Assembly (NCBI GenBank): GCA_030324005.1
Contig: JARDVH010000099.1
Span: forward strand, 50,995,765-51,059,764
Direction: 5' to 3'
DNA from: Negaprion brevirostris
Lineage: Eukaryota
DNA length: 64,000 nucleotides
Position 1 is the first letter of the stretch, and every line of letters starts with the position of its first letter. The notes beneath the pieces were generated by a model, which had not been told where the DNA came from, made no database searches, and saw nothing but the letters and a program-made list of their open reading frames with translations. Of this stretch, positions 12,179-26,179 are shown piece after piece. The position numbers and the translations under genes were made by a program.

Positions 12179-15100
12179 AAATTTATCTGCCATTCCTCTG
12201 TATCTCTGTATCCAAAGGAAGACCATGGTCACCAATACCTTTTAGGGCATGGTACTAGAAAGAGGAGGAGTTTAATCACAAGTAGTTTCTTGCATGTAAC
12301 TGCCTTCCTAATCCCAGCCTGCTTTAACTGTTAATTATCTCACTTTCAGAGATTTAAACTGAACTATTTAAAAGATGTTCAAGACAAAATCCATAAACGT
12401 TGCTTCAGAACCCTAAGAATTAGTAGTATCATCAAAATTTTCTGTTCAGGCACCAAAAATTTACCAAACCATTGATGGTCAAGCCATTAGCTGTCACAGT
12501 TGTATACTTGAGCTCTGATTTCCTAAACTTCTTAATACCATACTCCACCACAAAAGCTGTCTTAACACAGCCTTTCAATTTTTGTCTTGCAATTTTTCTT
12601 AATTCCAGGTTAATGTCCAGCATTCATCTCATAAAGTATCTTAGAATATTTTGTTGCATTAAAGGCACTTTGTTAATTGCAAGGTTCTTCTCCTTACGTT
12701 GTGGAGTGAATAGATTTGTTTCATTGTTAGGGTGTTTCTTTTTTTATTCAAATGACAAGTAGATCATACTAGGATCAATTGGACAGCACTAACTTGAGTT
12801 CACTTTATTTGGACTGGGATTTCCTGCTGATTTGAAGGTTGCACCATTTGGCATGATACACAGGTTTGATTTTCGGAGTATGAGTTAGGTTATTATTCCC
12901 TGGGGTAGCTGTAAAAGTGGCACAATTGGCCGCAGTCCCTGGTCTAGTGTGGAGAAATATTAGATGATTCTCATGCTGTCTTGCAACTTGCTTATGTGGG
13001 ATGCCGTGTTAAGGGCAGTGTCTCAGCTGTGATGTGCTAGCAGGGAGTTGCCTTGCAGCACTCTGTGGTGTCACCTGATTACAATAGTCACTTGACAGGC
13101 ACCAGAGAGCCAAATGCATCCATGGAACTATAGTTTTACATGAGTTGCCATCTTTTGAAGAACTGAAGGTTGAAGTAGGGTGAAGGGCAGGAGTCAAAAA
13201 GAAAAGGAGCTATCTTGCACACACGGTAATCTAGCATGTTGCTCAAGTAATTCAATCTTTCACAGTAATCAACTATGTCTGAGCCGTTCTTTATCTTAAC
13301 TGTGTTGATGAAATCTGGAGTTTCTAGCTTATCAGAAAATTATGGAAATACTCAGCAGGCCAAGCAACATTAACGTTTCCTGCCCTGCTGATTCTTTCTA
13401 GCATTTTTCCATTTATATTTCAGATTTCCAGTATCTGCACTATTTTGTCTTTGTGAAGTTTCCAGCAGTTTTTTCCTTTTTAATTCAAAGCACCTTAAGA
13501 GGGAGAGATGTTTCTGAAAATCCCTGATTTTGCATTTTTCATGTCTATTGTTTCTTTGTTGCAAGCTGCACAGGAGATTTCTACAGGGACAAACCCAGCA
13601 AATAAGCAGATTTATGTGTCAACCCAAATCTATTTCAGAATAGCTTCTAATGCATATTTTGAAAATAAATTAAAGCAAGTTATCACCATTACTGTGCCTG
13701 GCTGTAAGGCTGTCATTCCTTTGCTGAGCTTGGGAGATGGTTCCTCTCCCCAGGTGAATTTATTACAAGTTACCAGTTGTCAACGTACAATTGGAAAAAG
13801 GGGGTTTAATATGCACAACAGATGTTTATGTAAATTGTAGCATTATTTAATTGGCATGAATATTTATGACACTTGACGTGCATGAGGCTGGAAGTGGAAT
13901 TAAACATGGTGGATGCTCTCCTGCTAGTAGTTTCACTGAGGAGACGAGTGAGAAAGGACACCAACTAGGCTTTTAAGTTTCATAATTATTGGATCTAAGT
14001 TATATAGATGATATCTTTGTTTTGATTACACATCTTATTGTGAGAGTTTAAACAGATGCATGTGTTAGTGTGTACAGGCCATTCCAAGAGCCACATCAGT
14101 TCCGAAGTGAGATCGTGTAGGTTGATAAATTTGGGTAAACTGCTGAATCTATGGTTACAATAACATTTTTGAAGTTGGAATACAAAATGTTGCTAATGTG
14201 TAAGAGTAATATCCTTGCATGAGGGGGTTTTGACGAACATATAATGAAGATAAAGCTGCAGAATGTCCCATTGTGTTTGTGACATTTGTTTGTTCTGAGG
14301 CTGAGATATTTTTTGTTAGTATTTGTTTAGAATTTCTGCAGCACTGTAATGGATAGTGAGTGGCAACCTATCTCAAGATCTTCACTGAACTCATCTAGAG
14401 TTGTCCTAAGGGTGTGCAGAAATGACCAATCAAGATTGCTTGTTAATTTCTTTCCCTTCCTTTCTGTTCTGAAGATAAGTCCTTCTACTTCTCTCTTTGT
14501 TCTTCACCTTCCACAGTTGAAGGTTTAAAAAGGGGGAAATTTGCTGTTTATTCCTTGTAGTAAAAGCCTAATTTTTTTGAGGTGTCTGTGACTTGCACTA
14601 TCCAAGCTTATTATAGACAGAGAGTTACATCAGGCAAATGGCACTAACCATTTGCTGTAACCATAGGTGTTAATTGCAAAGTCATCACTTAAAATTAATT
14701 AAGCATGCTGGCTAATTTAGCAGTTCAGTGCTTACCATTTTAAAAGTTTTGTTGATTTCAAACAAAATTAGATTTTCAAGCTGCTTCACTCAACTGTGCT
14801 GGTATCAACTATGGAAGACAGTTGGAAAGTAGAGACACATTAGCTGTATTTTGTATTTGGATTTCTACTGGCTTTATTGGCTGCGGTATACAGCAGGGAA
14901 ATTCTTACTAGGATATAGCCCACCGTATGCTGTGGGGACTGGATTTGTGTTGAAAACTTAGCTATAAGTAGTATTTAGAGAAAATCTACCTTTCAAGTCA
15001 GTAATTTAGCATTTGGCACGACTTCCATCTAGCATTTATAAATATTCAATGTCATCTAAAATAAAATATATTGAAGTCCATGAAAATACATAAAGTAACA

Positions 15101-17508
15101 TTCTTCATATTTCTTTTAATTCAGATGGTGTGAATGTGCTGCTGTTAGTGACTAATAGCAAGTTTCTTGTATGAAAATCTATATATCTTACACATCATGA
15201 ACTAAGTGAAATCCGTCAGTTAATGAAAGGCCTTCTTTCTTAATTTTTATAATGTGTACTGAAGTATTCAACTTCAACATACAAAGTAACAGTGATCATG
15301 AAACCCAGCAAGATTGTAGACTAAAGATTTGTAAGACAACCTTGCTGTGTCTCACAATGACCTCTTATGTCGCAGTGACCCCAGTGTCACTGTGTAACTG
15401 CTAAAACACACCAATGTCAATTATTAATAAAAGATTCTGCTCATTGAATCTTTAGATTTATCATCATCTTTCTTTCAAATGTTCTCCAATTGATGACCAT
15501 TCTTAATTTGGACAGTGTTTTAAAATCAAATGCACTTTAATATAATGTATCAGATCTATATAGATCCGAATGTAAAATTTTTGGAATTGTAACTTGTATC
15601 AATGACAGTCACTTAAAGTGAACATTATATTATGTTTTAATTACAGCAAAGATTGTATTTGAATTCTGCTTCATCTTATACCAGAGAAATTACTGGCATG
15701 GAAAGCATTCTTTTCTCAATATATGCACATCCTGGACTATTCTGGGTTATTAGCTATGAGTAAGGATAGAGGAATATTCATCTAAAAAACTAACATTACT
15801 GATATAACAGATTCACACAAACACACACACAACATTAGAGCTTTCTCTATTTCAATAGCTATCTTATTTCCTCCTGCAAGTGGCAGATGACATACAGTAC
15901 ACCCATCCAAATACAGATAGGCTACTTTATTATTCAAATGACAGGAACATTCTTGTCATCTGTGTCATAGCCCGCAGTTCAAAAGGCATCTACTTGCACT
16001 TTGCTTCCAGCATTGCCTCATAAGTGGTATGCAAAATTTTAATATTTGTCGAGCCAAGCAATCCATCATAGGAAGATCAGTTGTACATAATTGAACTACT
16101 AAAAGTTTCAGGTTAAAAGTTTTCTTGTATATAAAAAAAATTAACTGGCAGATCGGGGCCATGGCCCCTTCAAAGCCTGCTGAAGGCTAAGAAAACCACC
16201 ATAATTTCTACCAACTCACTGATCTGTTGAATTCTGTGTTAGCAGTAAGCCTAGGTCATGACTGAAAACAAATTCAAGTATTAATTTTCTAAAATGCCAA
16301 TAGTTAATGGCACTATTGAATTCACTAATATTTGTGTTTACTTTGGTGTAATATTCTCTCCACCTGTATCAGTCCCAAGTTTGCTGCAATCCATTATCAG
16401 TGCACAATTTATAAATAAAGATCTCATACATGTTACTGTTGATAAAGCAAGTCGAACACTTCTGTAATCCTAAACCTTCCTGAAAAGGGAGCACTTAGCA
16501 CAAAGCAATGGGGTTTTGATGGTATAATGGGGCCTTGCTAAAACTGCAGGGCCCCATATTCCAACACTTGAGTGGGAGCTTGAGCAATTTCTGAATTGTA
16601 GTTGACGATCCTTGACACTAAGTTTGTTGGCCGCTGTTAAATGACTCCAAATTCCAGGAGAACTGAACCACTTCTACTCAGTCAATGTAAAGAAATGTAT
16701 GCAAACATCTGAAACTGCAGTAAGATCCTAAAAGGAAATTGTGCCCAGCGACACATTGTATTTTTTACTGTCTGCCTTCTGTGATTTAGCACCTTCCATA
16801 CTGAAAGGAAACACAATTCCCACATTGCGCATTGAGGTACTTTTGCTGCCCCCCAACCCTCCAACACCCTGAGGACAGCTTTCTGTCATTCTTCATGAAG
16901 TATTTTATTTTTCTGGCAGCTCTCAATGCTGCTTAAACTAAACGGGCAAGACACTTCAAATACAGAAGGAGTTGACATGCTGTTGTGAATAATTTTTACT
17001 GAGTATGTCCTCCCTCTGGAGTAATCTGCTCTTTGCATTCATTTTCTCTATTCCCTTGTAACTCAGTACATGTGAATTAGAAGAAATGTAGAATGGCATT
17101 GCTCATAGGTCTGGTATTTACTTTTGGATTTGCTAGCTTTTTGCAGCTCTGTTGCATGGTTCAAAAATATTCAAGCTGGTTGTCATTCTTTGGTCCCCTT
17201 ATCGAAGTGCCAAGCAAGGCAATAATCATGGTATTTAGCTGGACAATAATTCCACTTCATTCGTATATTTAAGTAAAGTTATGATATACCATTTATTTTA
17301 ATAAAATGCTTGTTAAATTGTAAGGGGCAATAAGAGTCTTTATGTCAGAAAAGGGTTTCCAATCAGTGTTACCTTATGATAACCATACGACCTTGAAGGT
17401 CAATAAAAGAGAGATCTTATCCAACAATACATCAGTCAACTCCAGAATGAGAATTGCTATGAAATATAGAAATATAGCAACAAACCTGTCTGCTGTTCCG
17501 TTTTGTAG

Positions 17509-17624
17509 GTGTATTTAGTCTTGGCGTTCCAGTGGATGCACTCTTCTTCATTGGAAATCAGCTGGTTGCAACAAGTCACACTGGAAAAGTAGGAGTGTGG
17601 AATGCAGTTACCCAACACTGGCAG
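17509..17624 (+). CDS. KCTD3: KCTD3 coding exon (not in ORF track)
   Basis: ttttgtag| ... |gtgagc; [39 protein letters not shown]; 116 nt. Confidence 0.97.
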
Positions 17625-17821
17625 GTGAGCTACATTCTTAAGAAAATCTTGTAAAATTTCATTTGCTATTTTTGAACCTATGCTGGAGACATAATAGAAT
17701 AATATATACTATTTCACTGACTCATCACTAAGTTGCAAATGCAGTAAGGTACTGAGTAAATTATTTTTGGTGGCATTCATTTAATAAATAAACAAGTTGA
17801 GTATAAATATAACCCAAAGAG

Positions 17822-18310
17822 ATTCTCCCCATGTCTACATAGGTTTACTCCGGGTGCTCCGGTTTCCTCCTGCAGTCCAAAGATGTGCAGGTTAGGTGGA
17901 TTGGCCATGCTAAATTACTCCTTAGTGTCTCAAGATGTGTGGGTTCGGTGGATTAGCAATGGTGAATGTGTAGGGTTATGGGGATAAGGCAGGGAAGAGC
18001 CTANNNNNNNNNNNNNNNNNNNNNNNNNNNNNNNNNNNNNNNNNNNNNNNNNNNNNNNNNNNNNNNNNNNNNNNNNNNNNNNNNNNNNNNNNNNNNNNNN
18101 NNNGTCCAAAGATGTGCAGGTTAGGTGGATTGGCCATGCTAAATTACTCCTTAGTGTCTCAAGATGTGTGGGTTAGGTGGATTAGCAATGGTGAATGTGT
18201 AGGGTTATGGGGATAAGGCAGGGAAGAGCCTAGGTAAGGTACTCTATCAGAGAATCAGTGCAGAATCAATGAGTTGAATGGCTTCCTTCTGCACTGTAGG
18301 GATTCTGTGA
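17822..18310 (+). mobile_element. 5'-truncated HE1-like V-SINE (artifactually duplicated across a gap)
   Basis: V-domain and gcactgtagggattct tail. Confidence 0.85.
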
Positions 18311-20656
18311 TGTACACAAAAGGTCGTAACAAACATGCTGCTGAATTTTTCTGTCATACTTAGCCATTCAGGATCTTGCATACTTCAATCAAGTCACCCC
18401 ATATTCTAAACTGCAGTGGAAACAAGCCTAATCTGTCTAACCTTTCCTCAAAATTCCTGTGTCTGCTCATGTCTTAATAAATGCAAAATCCAGTGATGAA
18501 AGAGCAATGGAGACTGGGTTGTTGCATTTGTTTGAGGCAAAGATAGATGTATTTTTGATAGAAGAGGGAATCAGAGGTTATGGGGGTAGCAAAGTAGAGT
18601 TGAGAAATTAGCCATGAATTTTATTGAAGAAACAATACTTTTCATTACAACCAATACATGTGACAATAAATCAAATCAAGGCTTAAAAGACTGAATGGCC
18701 TATTCCTGCTCCTATGTCCCAACCACTACTGGGAGTTGGGGTGGGATTAAATGGTTCTATTTATAGTACAGAAAATGTTGCTGAGTCCAGAACAGCACAT
18801 TCAGTAATGGGGCTGAAATACTGCCACCAGCATAAAATTAGACTTTTTATTGCATTGCTGATGCAAAAGTTAAGCAATGCGCCAATAGCCCAAGATTTCT
18901 TCTTCACTTTATTCAAATAATTATACCCAGCTGCCGATGTCACTTTACAGCTGTGTGGGGAGCAAGCCATATGGGATAAATGGGCATTCTAGCCAGCAAA
19001 ACCAAATTAAAAAAGCGTTGTTCCCCTTTTTAAGTTAAATGGCTGCATATGTGGCCAAGCATTATTTTCAGTATTCAAGCTTAAATAAATTTTAGATATT
19101 TGCCAAACTTTGCCAAAGATGGGACAGGATAAATACGGCAAATAAATTAACTGAAAGGAAACCCAGTTTGGAGACCAATCAGGCTCTGTGGGCAAATGAA
19201 GAAGTGGGGCAGCTCCCAATTCCCCTGTTTGAAAGGTGGTTAAATAAACAAGCAGCTGCTTAAATGGGTCTGAGGAGCTTTGCTCAATTATGAAATTTCA
19301 GTGTTTAATTTCTTGCTACTTCAGCATTATGTACTTTGCATAGGAACAGGAATAGGCCATTCAGCCCCTCAGATTGTGAGTAGTCTATGCTTCAATTTCA
19401 TTTGCTTGCTTCTGGCCCATATCCCTTGATACTCTTAACAAAAAGTTAATAATCCCAGCCTTGAAAATATCTATCATGTATGAAATAAGAGCAGAAGTAA
19501 GCCATACAGTCCTTCAGGCAGTTACTGACAGAGGGGTTAATATGCCCCTTGTCTGTCACTTTGCATGTGCAACCTGAGACAAATGTTCTGCTCGTGGAGC
19601 AAGGGCCACCTTGAGGGCTCAATTCCAAACCAGCAAGCAGAGTTCCTTGCAGAGTCTTATCTGACATGACCAAGAATTTCTGGTGAGATGTGTGAACCAG
19701 TTTACCTGGATAATGATGGATGTGTGTCACTCATCCCAATTACGGGCAGTCTCACCCATCTGATAATTTCTGACTTCCAGCTCTGAGTAAGTAAGAGGAA
19801 TTTTGCTGGAATTTCCTTTCAACCAACAAGGCATATTAAATAAAATGCCCTGATTCATTGATGGCAAAATGGGGGAAAAGGAAACTTGGAAAAACAAGTA
19901 AATGAAATTGAAATACAACTAAAGCAAAGTTCTGAAATAAATTTAACAAAAGAAACCAAAGCTTTGGGGTCAAATTGAAAAAATACTTGGCAGGTTCTAG
20001 GCAAATACAGTTTCAAGAGAAGTGGGAAGTCACTTTGAATTACTTTGTCTTAATGAAAAGCTGTGCATGGTGATTTCATCATATTAATGCAACAGGATTT
20101 GTCATGAGATTTAGTTAGGCATGTGTTGAGGATCAGTAAGAGTTACTTGGGTTCTCAGTTTTAAGTAAACTGTTTTGGGTTTTTAAAAAAAATCCAGACT
20201 GGGCAGATGGCCTGCCCCAATTTCCCACCTCTCGTGGCAGGCACAGAACAGATGCAGAGTCTGAAATCTTAGTCCCATTGTTCTTTTACCTCTGTTTTGA
20301 TCAAGTGTTACATAACTTATGGAATGTAAGTAGTCTGTGCCTGCTGGCTCTGTGTTCCAGGTGAAATAATTCTGCACGTTCGGGATATTATAGTAGATGT
20401 GAGTGTAGTACAAATTGACAAATTCCATTAGTGGATTGTTGCACATGATCAGTGAGGTGTGTAACTTTTCGTTTTTAACATCTTTGTTTCTCTGGTAGAT
20501 GTTCAAAACTAGCATATTTTCATGTAATTGAGACTAACTGTGTTTCATTACAATGATTTTCATGGTGTTTTTCTTTTTAAATGTTACCTTTGCCAAGTTA
20601 ATGTATCAATAATTGTGATATGATCCACATTTCCTTAATTCTTTTTAAATATACAG

Positions 20657-20744
20657 GTACAGGAAGTTGTCCCTATCACAAGCTGTGATACAGCAGGGAC
20701 ATTCCTTCTGCTGGGCTGTAACAATGGATCAATATATTATATAG
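20657..20744 (+). CDS. KCTD3: KCTD3 coding exon (not in ORF track)
   Basis: atacag| ... |gtaaga; [29 protein letters not shown](D); 88 nt. Confidence 0.96.
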
Positions 20745-21235
20745 GTAAGAGGTCTGTTATAATTGCTTAAGATCTTGTGTTACATATTTCCACTGATGGA
20801 TCATTAACATGGAGTTGGGACACGACACCGACCCTTAGTTAATGATGAACATTGGATGTGCACTATCACTGAATTTCAAGATACTTGGTTCCCTTTTTCC
20901 ACATTCAGATATGTTGAAAAAGAGACCATTTATTATCTGTTAGTTATCATTACCTATCATTGGGGCCCTCCTTTATGAATAATAGAGATTTCAATACAAC
21001 TATCACACTAATTTGATGCTTGCTGAGAAAGTGATGCTCCATATGTGTTTAGATTCACCTTGCCTTATCTCTCGTTCTTGCAGTAAAGTAGTCTGCTTTG
21101 GTGTATCTTATTCCAAAATGTAAACATAAAAGTGCCAGATCTACTCCAAATTTGATGGATTTCATATTTTATTTTTTATATGTAAATCATAGCACACTGG
21201 TTTATTAATATGATTGATCCTATTCTGTATTGTAG

Positions 21236-21352
21236 ATATGCAGAAATTCCCACTAAGGATGAAGGATAATGATCTTCTAGTGACTGAACTTTATCACGAT
21301 CCATCAAATGATGCCATCACTGCATTAAGTGTATACCTCACTCCAAAAACAA
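21236..21352 (+). CDS. KCTD3: KCTD3 coding exon (not in ORF track)
   Basis: tgtag| ... |gtgagt; [39 protein letters not shown](S); 117 nt. Confidence 0.97.
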
Positions 21353-21974
21353 GTGAGTATATTGCTGATGACCTAATATAATGGTCTGGTAATTAAAATC
21401 ACAAAAATGTGTCCTAATCGAGTGTAAACCTTGTTCAGCACAGATTACAGGTTAAACAGCAGACAAGTACAGAGTAGGAGGCTCCAGTGGACAACCAGTT
21501 TTCTGAGAGAAACTGAAATGCTAATGTCAGTGAGAGGCTGTGGAGGTAGATTCAGTTGTGGTGCTTGGCTACGTTAAAGCCAGGGGAAAGCAATGCCATT
21601 AAGGTCCTACTTAAGCAAGAAATTGAAGGTAGGGATAAAACTGTAGCTCTTGCTATCCCTTTGACTTGGAAGTCAAATAGGATTCCTATTCCTGATCATT
21701 ACTGATGCCCCTCCTGGAAAATATATGTGGATGTTGATGAAATAAGGCTGAGCCAAGCTATAATATCCTTAACAATAGAACAACTTTCTGTGAGTCACTG
21801 CATAGGCTTGCCTGAGCTGGCCAGACAAGGTACTGAAGCTGTACCCCTGCCCAAGTCAGTTGTCCAGCGGGAAAAGCAAAAGGGAAAAACAGATTGTCAG
21901 ACTTGGGATAAGATCAAGTTCTTTGAAGTTTTAATTAATACACGGTTAACAAATGTTTCTTGCTCCATTTATAG

Positions 21975-22145
21975 GTGTCAGTGGCAACTGGATTGAGATT
22001 GCATATGGAACAAGTTCTGGTGCAGTGCGTGTAATAGTCCAACATCCTGAAACTGTAGGATCAGGTCCTCAGCTTTTCCAAACCTTCACAGTTCACCGCA
22101 GCCCAGTCACTAAAATCATGCTGTCTGAAAAATATCTAGTGTCTG
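21975..22145 (+). CDS. KCTD3: KCTD3 coding exon
   Basis: ttatag| ... |gtaagc; [57 protein letters not shown]; 171 nt. Confidence 0.97.
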
Positions 22146-22467
22146 GTAAGCTTCTGACATTTTAGAATTTAGGCGACTTGTGTTTACATTTTTAATAATA
22201 TGTGCGTTAATTTCTTCCCAATTAAATTTTACAGTCTTCCTTATTTTAATTTATAACTTAGTATGTGGTACCTGTCTTATGCTTTTTAGTTTTCGTTATT
22301 CTCAGATATAAATAACATAAAATACACGTACAGATTTCCTGATTATTATCTTCAAAGATTTCTATTTGATATGTTGAGGCATTATTGACCCACCTTTCAT
22401 AACTCAAACAATAACCCCATGAATAAGTGTTATCTCTTTTTGCTTCTAAACTGGTGAAAATTTTATT

Positions 22468-22838
22468 TCATTATTCATTTGTGGCACATGGCATCACTGG
22501 CTGGCCAGCATTTATTGCCCATCCAAGTTACCCTTGAACTCAATGGCTTGCTAGGCCATTTCAAAGGTCAGTTAAGAATCAACCACATTGTTGTGGCTCT
22601 AGAGTCACATGTCGGCCAGACCAGGTAAGGATAGCTGATTTCCTTAAAGGACATTAGTGAATCAGGTAGGTTTTTCTGACATTCAACAATGGTTTCGTGA
22701 TCATCAGTCGACTTTTAATCTCAGATGTTTTTATTGAATTCAAATTCCCCCATCTGTCATGGTGGGGTTTGAATCTAGGTCCCCAACGTTAGCTGAGTTT
22801 CTGGATTAATAGTCTAGCGATAATACCACTAGGCCATG
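22468..22838 (-). mobile_element. tRNA-like SINE sharing its 3' tail with the LINE at 38790-39373
   Basis: tail gatgggcaataaatgctggccagccag...aatgaataa shared; body related to 28100-28345 and head to 56147-56256. Confidence 0.7.
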
Positions 22839-23215
22839 TCCATACAGTAAAATTATGAATGGCTTCTGAGTCTGAGCTATGGAGAAGAATTGTTATTCAT
22901 CGTGAGTTGATAAAGATTTTTTCTGGTTTGTATTGATAATTTTTTTTTCAAATGCACTATCTTTAAAGAAGTATTGACTAGAGACAGTCTTCATGTATAC
23001 GTGTATTTTGTTCAATTATTGGGATTAGTCTCTAACTGTTACTGTGAAGTCTGCAAAAGGGAATAGTATTTTGTTCTTGTACTGATGGTGTTCATATGGG
23101 CAATTACTGTATACTTTTATTTCTAAGTATTTATGAAATAAATGCTTTCTTGTTTTCCTTATTTGCTTCTGAATGTTGCATGTGAGCTGATTTGATTTAT
23201 GGTCTTTGTCTGCAG

Positions 23216-23371
23216 TATGTGCCGATAATAATCATGTGAGAACTTGGACAGTCACTCGTTTCAGAGGTATGATCTCCACACAGCCTGGCTCCACCCCACT
23301 GGCCTCTTTCAAAATACTTTCATTAGAAGAAACAGAGAGCCATGGAAGTTATGCAGCTGGAAACGACATAG
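23216..23371 (+). CDS. KCTD3: KCTD3 coding exon
   Basis: ctgcag| ... |gtaaat; [52 protein letters not shown](G); 156 nt. Confidence 0.97.
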
Positions 23372-24544
23372 GTAAATATCAGGCTTTCAAAGATATAGTA
23401 ACTAATGATAAAATATTTAGAAAATGTAGCAGAAGTTAAATGTTGTTCAGAGGTACTAATTTCTAACATTTGATAATACTCAACATCAATTTCTTTCCCT
23501 CACCTTTTACCTTGTTTTACAACATTAGAATATTGTTCTTTCCAGCAGACACAAGGAATTAATGTGTTAGAAGAATTAATTTCTCTGCCTAATCACTTCT
23601 AAAGATCAAAAAGATTGAGAATGTAAACTCAGATTTTAGTAGATGTGGACCTATAAAAGTTACTGTGGTTTCACTAATGTCTCATTTATTTTTGAAAAGC
23701 CTTAAGGTTGGCAGGTATAACAGTTGGAAATGGCATTTGAATGCTTTGTTGCTTTATTGGCACTGTTTAAGGATGGCCTCATTTTCCACTTCGATTTGTG
23801 TTATCAGAGTACATAATTCATTCCTTTGGTATAAATCAGAAAACAGCATGGTTTGGAAACAAATGCCTGTTTGATGCATCAAAAGATGGAATCTCAAAAT
23901 GTCTTAAACTTTTGTAAATTGGGTAGGACAGGTAAATCCAGAACATTGCTTCAAGCTGAATCCTGATGAGCGAAGAAGGTGCTACCACGGATTCAGATTC
24001 ATAAAAGATAAATATAGTATGTCAGGAATTTACTACTCACACATNNNNNNNNNNNNNNNNNNNNNNNNNNNNNNNNNNNNNNNNNNNNNNNNNNNNNNNN
24101 NNNNNNNNNNNNNNNNNNNNNNNNNNNNNNNNNNNNNNNNNNNNNNNNNNNNNNNNNNNNNNNNNNNNNNNNNNNNNNNNNNNNNNNNNNNNNNNNNNNN
24201 NNNNNNNNNNNNNNNNNNNNNNNNNNNNNNNNNNNNNNNNNNNNNNNNNNNNNNNNNNNNNNNNNNNNNNNNNNNNNNNNNNNNNNNNNNNNNNNNNNNN
24301 NNNNNNNNNNNNNNNNNNNNNNNNNNNNNNNNNNNNNNNNNNNNNNNNNNNNNNNNNNNNNNNNNNNNNNNNNNNNNNNNNNNNNNNNNNNNNNNNNNNN
24401 NNNNNNNNNNNNNNNNNNNNNNNNNNNNNNNNNNNNNNNNNNNNNNNNNNNNNNNNNNNNNNNNNNTTTTTAGGAATGATTCTTATACTATTAACAACAT
24501 CTGATTTCATTGGAAAACCTTCTGTATGATATTTTTGATTCCAG

Positions 24545-24729
24545 GATTTGTGAAATCCAGGCAGTAGATGGCATGACAATAACTGCATTTACTGTGAGGG
24601 AATGCGACGGTTCTAGTAGGATGGGTTCTCGACCAAGGAGGTACCTCTTCACAGGCCATGGGAATGGAAGCATTCAGATGTGGGACCTGACGACTGCTAT
24701 GGACATGGTAAACAAAGGGGAAGACAGAG
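24545..24729 (+). CDS. KCTD3: KCTD3 coding exon
   Basis: ttccag| ... |gtgaga; (R)[61 protein letters not shown]; 185 nt. Confidence 0.97.
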
Positions 24730-24831
24730 GTGAGACAAAAAATCTGTTGCAATTAGGGGGAAATGAGTGCAGTTTAGAGGTGTATTGTTCATGTTTTTGG
24801 TACTTTTACTAAAGAAAACTGCTGAGATAAG

Positions 24832-24958
24832 GGGCAGGATTTTATGGCCTTGCTCGTCCTGAAACTGGAAAATTCCACCTGAGGTCAGTGGGCCTTTCCA
24901 TGGTTTGCCCCTCGCCCACTCTGATTCCCGTGGCAGGTGTGATGGTAAAATTCCAACC
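24832..24958. mobile_element. MITE with 3-bp TSD (AAG)
   Basis: aag|gggcaggatttta ... taaaattccaacc|aag. Confidence 0.6.
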
Positions 24959-26179
24959 AAGGACTCGTTTAAATTTCTGTGGGACATAAAGGCAGTGATG
25001 TCCTTTGCTATCTGCACCTGTAAAAGTAGTAGTTTATGCTGTGAGCATAGGAGATGAAGAACCAGATGAGAAAAAATTATATGGCTAAATATTTAACATG
25101 CTGTTTAAAGACTGTATTAAGAATATGTAGAATGTGGATAATTTGTATCTGAACCAAGTGTAGAATTGTAATATACTATTGTGTTCTGAAGTATGTTAAG
25201 TTTATAATTTCTAGGTATTAAATTCTTTCACGCGTTAGCCATACACCGCTCAAGATTTAACTTCAGGAACCAGGTGTAGATCATCAGGAAAATATAGTAC
25301 AAAGAATATAATACTATGCTCAATCTTGAATGGCGTTATTTTTAAAAATCATCAAGTTTGAGTAATTTTTATGCATAGTGTACAACTTTGGTAATTTCTG
25401 CCTGAGAGGTAGAATGCTATTTTACAAAAATGAGCAGGCATTGCTTGCATATTTTGATATTTATCTGATATCCAATGATGTAGCTAATATTCTAGGCAAC
25501 AACTTTAATTTCTTTTCAACACAAATGAATCATCATTGAACAATGCATGTTCAATGCAATGTTAGATGAATGATGTAGTTCTATGCAATGGTTGAACTAA
25601 TAGATTTCAGAGTTGGAATTACTTCAAAGCCATTTAAAAATGATGGGAGGAGAGACAATTCCAGGATTCCTGCCTCCATTCTGATGCCCCTAACTTTCAT
25701 TGGTGCAGATTAAGGTGGTATGGGTATAGAGACCAGGGAAATGTGGGTATTGGGTATAAAGGTCCATGGGAAGGTTGGATTTGGGAGGACTGGGGTTGGG
25801 CAGAGGTGGTGAGAGGGTATGAGGGGTGACAAATAGGGGGACTAAAATCTTATATAACTGGTTCCAGAGAAGCAAGGTGGGTCTTGTAACCTGTCTTCCT
25901 CGGCACTCGCACCCCTATGAACGGCAGCGCTCTGCTTCTGGGTCAGCAGGCTCAGCTCCTTGCTGTGCCCACCTATTAACTCTCTGGAACAAAGGCTATG
26001 TGTATCAAGGCACTTATTACTGAGACTAGTCCAGTGATGAAATACCTACCTCAGCCAAATTCCAGCCCTGGGAACTAATAAATAGCAAATACTTAAAAAG
26101 TTTAGCCCTGTAATATTCTGCCTCCAATATGCCGGAACTAGTAGTTAGGGCCATAGAAGCTACAATTCTCCACTGGAAA

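Noticed and set aside
17875-18232. 129-bp near-perfect direct repeat flanking exactly 100 N
   Set aside because: One mismatch and a standard-size gap indicate unmerged overlapping (allelic) contig ends, not a real duplication.
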